A model generated the notes under the pieces. The model did not search any database and was not told the origin of the DNA. It was given only the letters and a program-made list of their open reading frames with translations. Below, piece after piece: positions 1 to 12,477 of a stretch of 64,000 nucleotides of DNA. Both the position numbers and the translations under genes were made by a program. Location: positions 10,880,641 through 10,944,640 of the forward strand of contig NC_081214.1 of assembly GCF_902713425.1 (NCBI RefSeq), given 5' to 3'. The stretch comes from Acipenser ruthenus. Lineage: Eukaryota. The number at the start of each line of letters is the position of its first letter. The stretch's first letter is position 1.

Positions 1-13
1 TCAAGATAGCACA

Positions 14-55
14 ATGGCAAACGGAGCAAGATTTTCTGAAGCAAAGATTCCTCAA
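14..55 (+). other. Possible coding exon end (MANGARFSEAKIPQ) with strong splice donor caag|gtaaga at 55/56; speculative
   Basis: ATG at 14, open frame into a consensus GT donor (AAG|GTAAGA); no homology recognised. Confidence 0.15.
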
Positions 56-65
56 GGTAAGAACC

Positions 66-458
66 ATGCCTGGCACACGGCATCTCCACTTCTTTCAACC
101 AGTTTCCAAAGCAAAAGTCCTTGCACGAGAGTTCTCCCAGTCAACAAAGCAAAGAGAAAAATCAATCACAGTCAAAGAGGTTGTCCTACCATTTGACCAA
201 GTGAAAGAATATGTTACTGTTCAGTATGACAGTCACTGGTGGCTCGGGCTGGTGGTGTCTGCTGATCAGAAGAAACAGGAGGCTGAAATTAACTTCCTGC
301 ACCCGAATGGACCAGCACAATCTTTCCGTTTCTCACACCGTCCAGATCAATTTATTGTAGACATGGGGGATGTGCTGACATCAGTGGAGCCAACAATTGT
401 AACAGGAAGGACATACACCCTGAGAGACAAGGAGATGCCAAAGCATCAAAAGCCTTGA
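66..458 (+). other. Unassigned 130-aa ORF with a Tudor/chromo-barrel-like motif (YDSHWWLGLVV...INFLHPNGP); probably TE-derived or an intronic relic
   Basis: Uninterrupted ORF in AT-rich context; it lies just after a splice-donor-like site; no confident family assignment. Confidence 0.2.
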
Positions 459-1289
459 CAGAGTGGCAACGAAGGAAAAGGGCAACTTAAGCATAGGTGA
501 GTGGTAAACTGTGTTGCATGCAGAATTATAAGGACAGAGACCTGAAAATGAAATATCTATATTTCTACCACTTCTAACAAAACATTTTCTTTTCCAGGCT
601 CAGTGATTCATTGGATTTGAACAGTGGTAATTACAGCTCCTGGAGAAGCATCACTTAAAATACCAAACATGTGCTGACAGACGTACCACTGGTGGGGACA
701 AAATTAAATGTGCACAATTCAGAATTGATTTATATTTAATTCACCTTTATTTGTTTGTTTCAGCCAATTGTGTAAATATGGAACCTTGGTTAATTTGTTA
801 ATATATTAATAGCTGTTACAGAAGCACCAGTTCACTGCAGCTTCAATTTAACAGGTGAGGAGAGTATACTCGATTGCAAATAAATATATTTGTTGTATAG
901 GTGTGTAATCGCTTCACTTAGAAGATTCACCTGACATTCAACTCTGTGCTGTGTATCAACCAATGGCAGGCACAAAATGAAACTTGCAGGAAATGTAGAT
1001 AAGGGTCTAGGCTACAATCTATCAAAAACTGACAAAAAAACACAGTTACACGATTTGACCTGGGTGAGGTCAAAGGTCACAGATACACACAACTTTTTTT
1101 TAATCTTGTATTTCACATCAATTGAATGGATGGTCCTATTTGAGAGCTTTAAATCGACACCAGCACCAGCTTTCTATGTCAATTCTGGAGGAAGTCATGA
1201 CCATGTAAAGGTAGGGTGGGTGTCCAAATCAGGTCAAGCTTTGATGACCGGTATCTTATGAATGGGAGGTTCACTCAGGATTACAATTC

Positions 1290-1625
1290 ACAGTGTAACC
1301 ATGTGCAAAAGTTTACCACAATCAGAGGAGGTCAAGTGAAAAACGTCAGTTTTTTTTATTGATTTCATATGGAATGACCCTTTCCTTACAGTGCTAGGCA
1401 GGTCATTCCATAATTTAGGGGCTTTATTGATGTGTTTTTTTCTGAGTTTTGGGAATATGAAGTAACTCTGCATCCTGTGATCGGAGTGAGTGTCTAGGAA
1501 CATATGGGGTTAAAAGATCATTTAATAAGATGGGGCAAGGCCATTTAAAGCCTTGTAGGCCTTCAAATCTAAACCGAACAGGAAGCCAGTGCAAAGATGC
1601 TAGCACAGGGGTAACGTGTTCTTGT
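1290..1625 (-). mobile_element. L2-clade LINE 3'-terminal fragment (ORF2 C-terminus)
   Basis: Minus-strand translation gives LPVRFRxEFKxLLLTFKAL..L.P.YL.DLL.PY.P.R.LRS followed by APKLWNDLP..VR...S...FKS.LKT..F; this is the conserved C-terminal signature of fish L2/Maui-type LINE ORF2. Confidence 0.7.
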
Positions 1626-2259
1626 CTCTTAGGTTAAAAGGTCAAAATAACTATTTTGTACAAGCTGCAGACAAGAAATAACATGACTATGTACCAGAGA
1701 AAAGGGCATTACAGTAATCAATCCTTGAAGATACAAAAGCATGCATCAGTTTCTCAGCATCTGGTCAGGAAAGAATACTTTTCAATTTGGCGATATTTCT
1801 TTGATGAAAGAAAGAGATTTTGGTAACATTTCTAATGTGCAGTTCAAAAAAAGATCTGGGTCAAAGGTCACTCCTAAGTAGGTCTGTCAAACGATTAAAA
1901 AAATGTACCTTGGTTTTAATCGCATATTTAATTGATACAATTACTGCATCCATCTCAAACATGGCAAACCAGGGTAAACTGGTCCTACTTGTATGATACA
2001 TAATAAAGATCAAATGGTTGCTCTTTCTGTTAAAAGACAAACCTTAAATGAGACAGGGAGACTACGTAATGATACCGACTATAAAATCCACTTACTCTTC
2101 ATTCAAGAACCACTTGGTGAACTCCAGTGAAGTGTGTTGTGTGGTCTTGTACCACGACACAAATGATACATACCGCTATTCCGATACGATGTATCATGTA
2201 CCTAAAGTATTCATCAATACACAATGAATCATTACACCCCTTTTCAAAACATAACTTAC

Positions 2260-2413
2260 CTTTAAACCCCTCTTCATCCACAATAATGGTATAGTCCTCC
2301 GGTGTTTCTGTCAGAGTGAAGAATTTACACCTATGAGAACGGGAGAGAGTTTTTACAAAAGCTATCGCTAAGTATTTATCAACTTTCAGCAAAAATGTGG
2401 CCCACTCAAGCAT
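2260..2413 (-). CDS. CASTOR/GATS-like (cytosolic arginine sensor family; closest to CASTOR2) first coding exon
   Basis: Minus-strand ORF starts with M and encodes ...RCKFFTLTETPEDYTIIVDEEGFK, matching the conserved N-terminal ACT region of CASTOR1/2 (CKFFSLTETPEDYTIIVDEEGF). Homology stops exactly at a consensus donor (AAG|GTAAGT on the minus strand, about 2259/2260). Confidence 0.5.
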
Positions 2414-2449
2414 TTGTAAATACTGATTTACACCAAGAAGATCGATGCC

Positions 2450-2668
2450 ACTATTATTAATTTCTTAGCAGACACCCTTATCCAGGGCGACAATTGTTAC
2501 AAGATATCACATTATTTTTACATACAATTACCCATTTATACAGTTGGGTTTTTACTGGAGCAATCTAGGTAAAGTACCTTGCTCAAGGGTACAGCAGCAG
2601 TGTCCACCACCTGGGATTGAACCCACGACCCTCCGGTCAAGAGTCCAGAGCCCTAACCACTACTCCAC
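2450..2668 (-). mobile_element. tRNA-derived SINE, family A (conserved tail gtcgccctggataagggtgtctgctaag + (AAT)n), copy A1
   Basis: The reverse complement carries a tRNA-like head (tagtggttagggctctggactcttgaccggagggtcgtgggttcaatccc, A and B boxes) and the conserved fish SINE 3' domain; it is about 95% identical to the copy at 7661-7925. Confidence 0.85.
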
Positions 2669-5101
2669 ACTGCTGCCTAATGTGCTGAAACAACCTAATG
2701 TGCTGCTAGGGTGCAATTTTAGAGTTAGTCAGGGATAATGTAGCTGCCCCTCCCAGTATACCCTGATGGCATTTGAGCACGAAAATAAGGAAGTTATAAT
2801 CCCACCCACCCAGAACCGCCAAAGCCGTCAGTTTGACTGCCTTTTACAATACATGTTTTTATTTTGAATATAACCTACAATAGTCTATTTTATTTTTAAA
2901 TACACGCCTGTTGTTATCTCTACTGGACCTGGCAGCCATCAATTCCTTTGTTTTGTACAAGGAATGCCCTGGGTAAAATATCAGTAGGAGAGATTTCATC
3001 TTGAAGCTAGCCACAGCGCTTCAGCAGAAACATTTTGATCAGCTCAACCTGGACTCTGTGCTGCACCGAGTGACACACACGCAAGAGAAAACATGTTACT
3101 TTCGTTTTAAGTTTTGTACGTACATATACCTGTTTACACACTAGTTTCTTTTGAAATGTTTATTTTATTATAGTTTTTCATTTTTTGAAGCACTGCTTTA
3201 TATGTGTTTATAAGTTAGAAAATAAACTTATGTTTAATTTAAATACGGCGTTTCGGCTTTGAAGATGTTTGATATGATGTGCTTGAATAAAACTTTGGAG
3301 TTGTATCCAATAGTTTGTCTTTCATTTTAATATTGATGTTGTTTAAAATGTACTGTGATAATGGCTGCCGGCAGTGGTTTTAGGTATGAGTATAACCGCG
3401 GCAGTTCTAGTGTTAAACTCATTCCATTGAAAGCCAGAATAACAACAATTAAAAAAAAAACACTGACTACTGTATCTTCATAGGACACAAGCTATGACTA
3501 ATGTGCATAACATATACTGTATGATTTTTCACACCCTGATTACAAAGCGAAATCTGTGCCATTAACAAATACAAAATGAACAGGACTGTATAATAGTTTG
3601 ACTCAGAGTAGTGAACCATTATAGTTGGTCGTGTACAAGTACGGTATCAGTAGTATAAATACATATTTACATTAATAAGGACACTGCAGATCGTTTCAGA
3701 TTTTTGGTGGATTAATCGTCTCCTGTACGCTTAAAAAGGGTGCGAGTTCTGTGGGGTATTTATACTTGCAAGCACTTTTTACACAGCCTGCTACATTGAT
3801 TTTAGTAAAATAACTATAACTCCTCCCGTTTGAACAACCTTGTGTGAACAATCAGTTAACATCAGAGCATAACTCCAAACCACGTGCAGTTTAGCAGCGC
3901 TCTGACAAAACGCATGACTGTCTTTAAAGCCTCTTTAAATCCAGAGTTCCCTGCTTTTTTGTTTAATGCATTTTCTGCTTTCTTTCGCCACCTGTTGGAT
4001 AGACTAATGAAGCGCAGATAATTCAATGCTGTCAGAAAAAAAAAGGATTTCAAACCTGCAACATTTTTGCTTTATCTCATGACAGGTGAATAGCTGGCTT
4101 TGGCTACCACTGTATGTACAAACTGAACACAGTTACAATGCTTCTGTGCATAAACATATCACTCCTGGGAAAATATTCAAATATTCAAACATGCCTGAAA
4201 TGTAATCCAAGATGACCATGTTTATATTACATATAACAGTATTTATAAATGACTATCAAAAAAGATGCAAAGGAAACCAATGCATACATGATTCAATAAC
4301 ACCCATCCCATTCAACTGCACAGAAGAGGGCTTCTCACCTTTCTGCAGTATGTCATTTGATTAATTTTACTCCTGAGAGTACAAATTATAGAATATTCGT
4401 TACAATTCTGAAAGACTATCTGAGCATGAAAATATTTTTTTAAGGCTTGGTATATTCTTTAGGAGGAGGTAAACGAACTGGAAAGACAACAAGGCATTGA
4501 TTCTTATGATGTAGAAGGCACAGAAGGGTTAACTATTGGCTCATTCTAGCTCAAGTCTATGGAATTGTTGAAATAAACCATGGACACTGATTCCAGGGAG
4601 AAATCTAGGTCTTTCAAGTGGCTCACGTGAGGCCCCTACCCTAGGTTAAAACTCAGCTGTGTTTCAAAATGTACTATAGCAATGCCCAAACAAACTGGAC
4701 TTAAAGTAAGCATGGGCTTGAAACCTGATACAGTCTCCTGTATGAATCAAATATGCTTTAACAAATCATGTATTTCTCTATGCAAATAAACCGTGTTGTT
4801 GTATTGCTCTTGGAGGGCACCGCATTGTGATTGAACCATTCATTTATATAGGAGGTGGGTCAGCGATATTCTGTTTAATTTAGTCAGCCATGGCGGGACC
4901 ACAGTGACAAAGAGTACAAATCCCTACTCCCTGATAGTGGCCCGCTCTGCACTCTGAGGGTAAGGTTTAGGAATAAAGGAGTGGTTGCTTTTTGTGTTCG
5001 GGCTTCACAACTGAGGAACTCTGCCGATCATGTCGTAGGTTAGCCCACAGTGGCTACTTTTAAATCAAGGCTTAAGGCTTATGTCATGGTTATTTTAACT
5101 G

Positions 5102-5104
<3 letters not shown>

Positions 5105-5150
<46 letters not shown>
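5105..5150. repeat. (ATT)n microsatellite
   Basis: Perfect trinucleotide run. Confidence 0.95.
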
Positions 5151-5153
<3 letters not shown>

Positions 5154-5264
5154 TTCATTTTATGAGTATTTTTGTCCTCTGTTAGTGTTTAATAATAGCT
5201 GCCTGTTATTTTAACTTGTGTGAAATGCCTTAAACCTCACGGCATGAAAGGCACTCTATAAACA

Positions 5265-5267
<3 letters not shown>

Positions 5268-5350
<83 letters not shown>
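5268..5350. repeat. (ATT)n that switches to (AAT)n; palindromic microsatellite
   Basis: Direct reading; the ATT run flips to its complement AAT at about 5318. Confidence 0.95.
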
Positions 5351-5362
<12 letters not shown>

Positions 5363-7039
5363 TATAAAACCTGACGTAAATCCTTATAGCGTAGTCAGCA
5401 TTCCATTAATAAACCCCAACTGTTTTGACACCCATTACTAGCGTGTTTATTTAGCAAAACACAGTCCCTTTTTTAAAACAAGCAAACAAATGACATGCAT
5501 TCTGTATTTAAATATTCTTCGCGTTTCCAAAAATGAACACTGGGGGCCGGTATTTCAAAGCCCCGCCCCCTCATAAAACACATTAAGAAGCATTTTTATT
5601 GCATATCAGCAACATAGAGAACGAAGTTATTAATTATTCGCACTGTTGACACTGTATCCGGGAACTTGTGACAAATTCGACTTTAGTAACTCTATTTGCA
5701 AATCACTTGGTTCGCATTTAATCGCTGCATTTTTTGATGTTTTTCAATGTTCTGCTTACCTTGTTTTGGAGGGCAGGAAGGCGAGTTTGATTAATCCGTG
5801 TGTGAAAAACTGGATCCCTTCTTTTGCTATGCTAGCTACTTTTAAACTGTGCTCTAAAATATGCAGCTCCATCTTTTACGTCTTCTCATTTGCATATATC
5901 TAAAATCCTGGATATCAATTTTTAATGTATTTATATTATATTTGTATTTATATTGCTAAAATAAAGCTTTGAAAAGCTAGTGACTGGAGTGAAAAAAAAG
6001 TTCTCGGTTAAGGGAGAAACGGAAAGAGCAGTAACAAGTGGAGAAAAAGAAAAAGCGGAGTTAGGAAAATAGCAAAGAAAAAAGAGAAAGAGAGAGAGAC
6101 AGTCCCCGTGTTTTCTCTGCTGAGAGAGTTGGAATAGTCCAGCAGCTGGGTACAGTGTACAAACAACATGTCATTCAAACCCAGGGAGGGCGGTCCAAGT
6201 ATGGTCTCATACACTGATGCATGATGGGACTTGTAGTTTTTTTTAAAAAATCTCTGTCTATCCTACATGTAGTTTAACAACAATCTGTTATAATCGTGTT
6301 AGTGGTGATGGTGAACAATACAAAAGTACACTTACCTGTAATTTATTGATGTTTGTTACAGCCAAAAACAAATATTATATTCTCTTACATTGTACTTACA
6401 GTAAAGGGGTTGTAGCTAACAAAATAATTCCCTAAATCTTACCTGTTGTCACTTCCATTCGTTACAGGCCTCAATTGTACAGTTTTGAAAGACACCCATG
6501 TTATAGTAACCATGTGTTGTTATTTAAAATGTGACAGCTGGTACTATACTAGGTTCATTACATACTTCTGCAAGCTATTCTTTCAAATGGTGTTGTACTT
6601 CATTGGTAATTTCTCCAATCATTGAATTGCTTCTTTCCTGTCAGTAACCCACCAGACATGCTGTCAGCCAGCAGCATGACCCAGAAGACACTGCTGAGGT
6701 GAAATGATCCAGGAAGTGCAAGTGTAACACATTTCCTCAGAGTAAAGCATGGTAATTAAGAGCTTTCTTTAACCTAATGTATCAAATATCAAGTTTTAAA
6801 ATGAAAATACATGTTTGTTATACTGATAATGGGGATTGCTGCTTAAATGGGATACAGCTCTGGGAGACGGTTTTCTCCAATGCTATTTATGTCGTTTAAT
6901 TGAGACGTCACTTTGTTTAATTGGGATACAGTATTTTCAAATGATGAATGGAGATTGCTTTTCAGAGCGGTGCAGTGAGTCTGTGATTACGCTGTGACTT
7001 GTGTAATTGTGTAAACCAGTGGTTTTTGCCTCGTCTCGC

Positions 7040-7160
7040 GGCTGTCATCATGGCTGAGAAGTGAAAACGAGTTGATTTGTCTCTGGCTCAGAAGTTTGAA
7101 CTGCTGAAGGAACTGGAGTCTCCTGTGGTTTCTCAGGCTGCTGTGGCAAAGAAATTATGA
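7040..7160 (+). mobile_element. Possible pogo/Tigger-like transposase N-terminal (CENP-B/psq HTH) relic
   Basis: Translation KRVDLSLAQKFELLKELESPVVSQAAVAKKL resembles the HTH_psq/CENPB-N motif of Tigger/pogo transposases; it is interrupted by stops. Confidence 0.25.
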
Positions 7161-7387
7161 CATTGAAATTGCTGGCAAACTTACCAGTGCTGAGCTTTTG
7201 GAGGCTGCAAATGACAGGAAGCATGTCAAAGTTAAAACATCAGGGTGAGATTCTGATTCTGATGATGACAGTGCACCATCACCTCTCACCTTAGCCCAGA
7301 AGTTGCAAACGGTGGACCATCTTAGACAAATCATGCAGAACATTGAATGCATGCTGTGCTGCCCCTTCTGAGGACAGGGGAAGACAA

Positions 7388-7570
7388 AGTTCATAAGAAC
7401 ATAAGAAAGGTTACAAACAAGAGGAGGCCATTTGGCCCATCTTGCTCGTTTGGTTGTTAGTAGCTTATTGATCCCAGAATCTCATCAAGTAGCTTCTTGA
7501 AGGATCCCAGGGGGTCAGCTTCAACAACATTACTGGGGAGTTGGTTCCAGACTCCCACAATTCTCTGAAG
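7388..7570 (-). mobile_element. CR1-like LINE 3'-UTR fragment (5'-truncated copy)
   Basis: Reverse complement of the 3' end of the CR1 copy at about 31900-32060, including the cttatgtt octamer tail. Confidence 0.8.
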
Positions 7571-7660
7571 CAGCTGAGTCACGGAAACAGCGCACAACTG
7601 ACTCTTATTTCAAATGACGCATTTAACATTTCCAGGTACTGGAAGCAAGTGTGGCAGCAA

Positions 7661-7925
7661 GTGTGGAGTAGTGGTTAGGGCTCTGGACTCTTGACCGGAG
7701 GGTCGTGGGTTCAATCCCAAGTGGGGACACTGCTGCTGTGCCCTTGAGCAAGGTACTTTACCTAGATTGCTCCAGTAAAAACCCAACTGTATAAATGGGT
7801 AATTGTATGTAAAAATAATGTGTAAAAAATAATGTAATTGTATGTAAAAATAATGTGATATCTTGTAACAATTGTAAGTCGCCCTGGATAAGGGTGTCTG
7901 CTAAGAAATAAATAATAATAATAAT
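7661..7925 (+). mobile_element. tRNA-derived SINE, family A, copy A2
   Basis: tRNA-like head gtgtggagtagtggttagggctctgg...gggttcaatcccaag; tail tgtaagtcgccctggataagggtgtctgctaagaaataaat(aat)n. Confidence 0.9.
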
Positions 7926-8607
7926 ACTGCAGTACTGTTTATATTCATGAGAAATAAAAAAATACTTCTCCTCTCTTGTGCATGTTGTAAATGATGAATA
8001 TAAGTGTGACTAGGGTCCTTTTAAATGCCTCTCAGTTAATTGGGACAGCCGGTCATTCAGGATATTTTTCCTTCTGTCGAGGTGTCCCTATTAAGCGGTG
8101 CTGACTGTAATACGTTTATTTCATAACTGCACACAGGTGCTAATGGAAGACCAAAACACGTTACATTCAATTATTTGAATCAATTTACACTTTTATATAT
8201 TTAACAGAGGGTGCAAATATCCTTAGGGAATGTAAACAAACTAGATAACCAACAAGGTGAAGATTGTGTAGAAGAACAACGCACAGGAGGGTGAACAATG
8301 TAGGCACCTTCAGCAGCTTCTCGTCATGTTCTTTTCCCCTCTATATGGTGTTTGCCATCATTCTGAATGGTTCTGGGTTTTGCTGTCCAATACTGAGCTC
8401 TTATCATTTCATCTTCAAATCCACTTGAACCTGCTTTGAGCTTCTCTGGAGAAGAGCTGGCACTTAACAGCCTTCCTTCCAAATCACCTGACACTATGAA
8501 CTTTCAGCTTCTGAGCCCCTCTTACTCTGCATGTATAGAGAACAATAAGAACATACCAGCATTTATTTATTTTTACTATTTTTTTCTTTTCTTTCTTTTT
8601 TTTAAAT

Positions 8608-9068
8608 ATAGTCGTTGCCAATTTTTACCCCAGTTTTCTCCCCAATTTGGAATCACCAATTGAGTTATTATTAATCCCCCGTTCACCACTGCAACCCCCG
8701 GCGACTCGGGAAATGAAGGCTGAAACACGTGTCCCCCTAAACGTCTTCCTGCCAAGCTGTCATTTTTTGCACTGCAGATCCACAGAGAAGCCAGCAGACC
8801 CATAGTGCCGGAGGACAACACAGATCTGAATGGCTCCACTGCCCTATCAGCCACAGGGGTCGCTGCTGTGCAGTGAACTGTGGATTGCCCTGCCGACCTA
8901 AGCCCTCCCTACCCAGGCGGTGCTCGGCCAATTGTGCGCCGCCCACTGGGAACCCCCAGTCATGGTCGGCAATGGCATAGCCTGGATTCAAATTTGTGAT
9001 CTCCAGGCTATAAGGCGCATCCTGCACTCCACGTGGAGCATCTTTACTGGATGCACCACTCGGGAGCC
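8608..9068 (-). mobile_element. Long tRNA-related SINE, family B (head ggctcccgagtggcgcatcc), copy B1
   Basis: About 85-90% identical, in reverse orientation, to the copies at 42305-42826 and 52350-52886; it ends ...cactcgggagcc, the reverse complement of the tRNA-like head. Confidence 0.85.
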
Positions 9069-9659
9069 TTGCATGCATTTTCATCTTGTCTGTCACTATC
9101 TTCTTTTCTTTTGGAATTGGAAATGGAATACTGTTTGAATGTACCTGAAGTTTATAGATAAGCTTCAAGTTCATGTTTGTGGATGTTGTTTTTCACTTTG
9201 ATAGAAGCCGTGATCTGGATTATAGAGCCGGTGTAGTGTTAGAAAGTGTTACATTGTCAGAATGTGGTATGTGTACCACAACTTGTAATAGCAGAAAGTG
9301 GTACGATGTCAGATTGCACTGTTGTGCACTGTTATATTTTGGTAAATGTGCAATCAATTGTGATCTGATGGGTGTTTTCCTTTTGTCTAAAGAGGTACAT
9401 TTACCATTAATTATACTTTATTTTTTGCAAACTTAAACTGGCAACAGACAATTAATTTCTTTAAAATGAAAAACAATTCACGAGAAGTCCACTGCAAAGT
9501 TGCACAAGTAAATAAAAATGTACAAGAACCAATGTATTGGATATGATAAATATTTATCATATGCTATTTTCTCAATGGTGGAAAATATGATAAATTACAT
9601 TAAAAATGACGTAAAAGACTAGAAAATCTGAGAAATTCAATTTAAAAAATGTAGAAGAC

Positions 9660-11340
9660 TAAAAACAGCATAACCTACCATATTTGAATGGGTGCTTCCC
9701 TGGTTTCAGTCTGGGAAGGCAGAGAAGTCCGCGGATCCTGGTCGGACCACTGGACGTCCCTGCATATAAACATGCTGGAGCTGCAGGCGGTCTCCCTTGC
9801 TCTCCACCATTTCCTCCCAGTGCTATGAGGTACACATGTGTTGGTATGGACGGACAACGTAACAGTGATGGCATATGTCAACCACCAGGATGGCCTACGA
9901 TCCCCGAGGTTGCATCGCATGGCCTTCAGGCTTTTGATGTGGGCTCAGAGGAACTTGCTGTCCCTGCGAGTGACGCACATTCCCGGAGCGGTGAACTGGG
10001 CAGCGGACCTCCTCTTGAGGGAGGATCCCCTTTCATCAGAGTGGCGACTCCACCCTCAGGTAGTGGAGCGCATTTGGGAACGATTCGCAGGTCGATCTCT
10101 TTGCCTTGGTGGAGACGACACACTGCCCCCTGTGGTATTCCCTCCATCGCTTAGGCGGTCCACTCACGAATGGCCCAAAACGTTTTTGTATGCTTTCCCG
10201 CCAATACCGCTGCTCCCGGCCTTTCTCGAAAAAATCTGGTTAGAGGAGGCGTCAGTTCTCCTAATGGCCCCCAGTTGGCCAAGGATAATCTGGTTCTCGA
10301 CCCTCTGCGCATGGATCTCCTGAGTCAGACGAGAGGCACTGTTTGGCACCTGGAACCGGGCAGGTTCCGGCTATGGGTCTGGCCCATGAAAGGGACCGCT
10401 GGTTAGCCCTAGGGCTATTAGATGCGGTTGTGGGTACTTTGCAGAACGCTAGGGCAGACTCCACTAGGTCTTTGTACACCTACAAGTGGAGGTATTTTCA
10501 AGCTTGGTGTCATGACCCAATCTCTTGCCCTATGCCGGTTATCTTACAGTTTCTGCATGAACTGCTTGATGCTGGTAGGTCACCTTCCACTTTGAAGGTG
10601 TATTTAGCGGCTATTTCTGATTCGGTGTCTCCAGGTGCGCATTTCTTGGCTACCCGATTTCTTAAAGATACTCTGCGATTACGCCCTCCCAGGAGACTGT
10701 TCTCCCCGAATGGAGCCTTGATATTGTACTGGAGGTTTTCACAAAGGCCCCGTTTGAGCCCATATACTCTATAGAGTTGAAGCATCTGTCTATGAAGACA
10801 GCCTTCCTCGTGGCTATCACCTCCGCTAAGCGGGTCAGTGAGCTGCAGACGCTGTCTGTGCACAGCTCCTGCATGCGCATTTGGGAGGATGGCAGCAGGG
10901 TGTCTCTGCGCACCAACACTGCTTTCCTCTCTAAGGTGATCACAGCCTTCCACATTAATCAGTCTGTGGAACTGGAGTCCTTCCATCCACCCCTGTTAGC
11001 TTCTACGGAGGATGAGAGATTGAGATTGGTCCCTCATATGCTGCCGTTCCTTCTCCCTTGCAATGGCTCTAGTATACATTATCCCATACATAATGTCTTT
11101 GGTGGTCGTCTTTGAATTGAAAATTGAATTGAATTGAATGTTAGGTTACTTACCGTAACCCTGGTTTTAATCCCTCTGTGGACGGGACCGAGAGCGTCAT
11201 CCCAGGAAGGGGCCTATCGGCAACTCTGGTATAGAGAGCTCAGCAATTACCTACCCAATGGGCAGGCATATCCTATACATAATGTTGTTGGTGGTCGTCT
11301 CTTTTAGGGAACCAGGGTTACGGTAAGTAACCTAATGTTT
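9660..11340 (+). mobile_element. DIRS-like (tyrosine-recombinase) retrotransposon, 5'-truncated: RNase H, YR domain and terminal inverted-repeat (ICR-like) structure
   Basis: ORFs 9838-10323 (RNase H: TDNVTVMAYVNHQ...HIPGAVNWAADLL; then YAFPP...LLMAPSWP), 10343-10774 (YR core-binding: STRSLYTYKWRYFQAWC) and 10777-11115 (YR catalytic: ITSAKRVSELQ). Exact 23-bp inverted arms ggttacttaccgtaaccctggtt at 11143-11165 and aaccagggttacggtaagtaacc at 11311-11333, each preceded by a catacataatgt(c/t)t(t/g)ttggtggtcgtct direct repeat. Confidence 0.75.
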
Positions 11341-12477
11341 TATTAATGTATTTCTACAGTGCTTAAAAATCTTACAACACAGTTTAAAGTAGTAAAGACA
11401 AATAAGTATTTACTTGTTTACCATGCTGACATAATTTACTTCTTATAGAACTTAATGCAAAAGATGAAAAGCAAACTTGGTCTGCAATAGTTGCAGATGG
11501 GTTTGTGGGTGTTTACCAGTTGGATTTGTGTTGGAGGTGTTTACGCTGCAACCTAACTCGCTTCCAATTTCTTATTCTTATTCTTACTATGATTGGCTGC
11601 AAAGACAACAGGGCTAACCAGTGATTGGATAATGTTTTGTTGGGTGGGTTTTTATTGTTAGTAACTGTAATATGATTTGCACAATAGAAAATAAAAAAGG
11701 ACTTGTCGTTAATATCTCAGGTCACGGAGCCCAAACGTTCGACTCTGCGTCATACAAATTGTTTTACCCAAAAAGCAAGACAAATAGTTTACTGGGTGAA
11801 TTATCACTGCTAACACAGTGCAGGTGTATTTAATTACCAAGTCAGTTGTAAATATGTTTTTATAGAAATTACATTACAAGACAGGTACTTCACAGGATAT
11901 TATTGTTAAAAACCTGTCCCACTAAACACAATACATAAAATAGGCTAAAATCAGGGACGTTTCTCTACAGTGAGGAATGAAAACTAAAATAAACAAACAA
12001 AGCCCTACTCTACAGAACGCCAGGCTGTCGGGGATTACACCGTATACCAAGCCTGTGTGTCACTTTACAAGCAGCTGGTCACAGTAAACTTGCTTAGTTT
12101 TGAACAGTACATTTCACTAGTCACTTCCTTTAAATAATCACTGCCAACAACCAGCTACAGCTGTAGCTAAATTACCAAATATTATATCCAAATCGGTTTA
12201 CTCACGCCCTCTCATAATTCTGAGAATACTTTGACAACTACTCGTAGATCTCACAAAGGCTGGTTTACAATCGTACACTTGCAAAATTATAACAGCCGTC
12301 AGATTCTTTTTTGAAGAAAGTTACACAACACTAGTGCCGGTGTTCTGAAAATCGGAGCCTCCCCCCTCCAAATGGGCCTCCCGTAGCACAGGTTTTCAGA
12401 CTAGTCTGATAAGTAGTGCCACCCCTCTAAATTAGCTACCTAAATCAAACAATGGAAGGAAGTTAATTTGGAGAAAC

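Noticed and set aside
2537-7760. tRNA-like sequences with A and B boxes
   Set aside because: These are heads of SINE copies, followed by SINE bodies and tails. They are not tRNA genes, and no acceptor-stem/CCA-compatible cloverleaf is present on its own.
8576-9174. ORFs overlapping 8.6-9.2 kb, 42.26-42.84 kb and 52.6-53.05 kb
   Set aside because: They lie inside copies of the family-B SINE; the same peptide recurs because the repeat recurs.
9684-10154. 156-aa ORF and overlapping antisense ORFs in the DIRS-like region
   Set aside because: They are alternative or antisense frames of the GC-rich RNase H / YR coding region; the motif-bearing frame is the one annotated.
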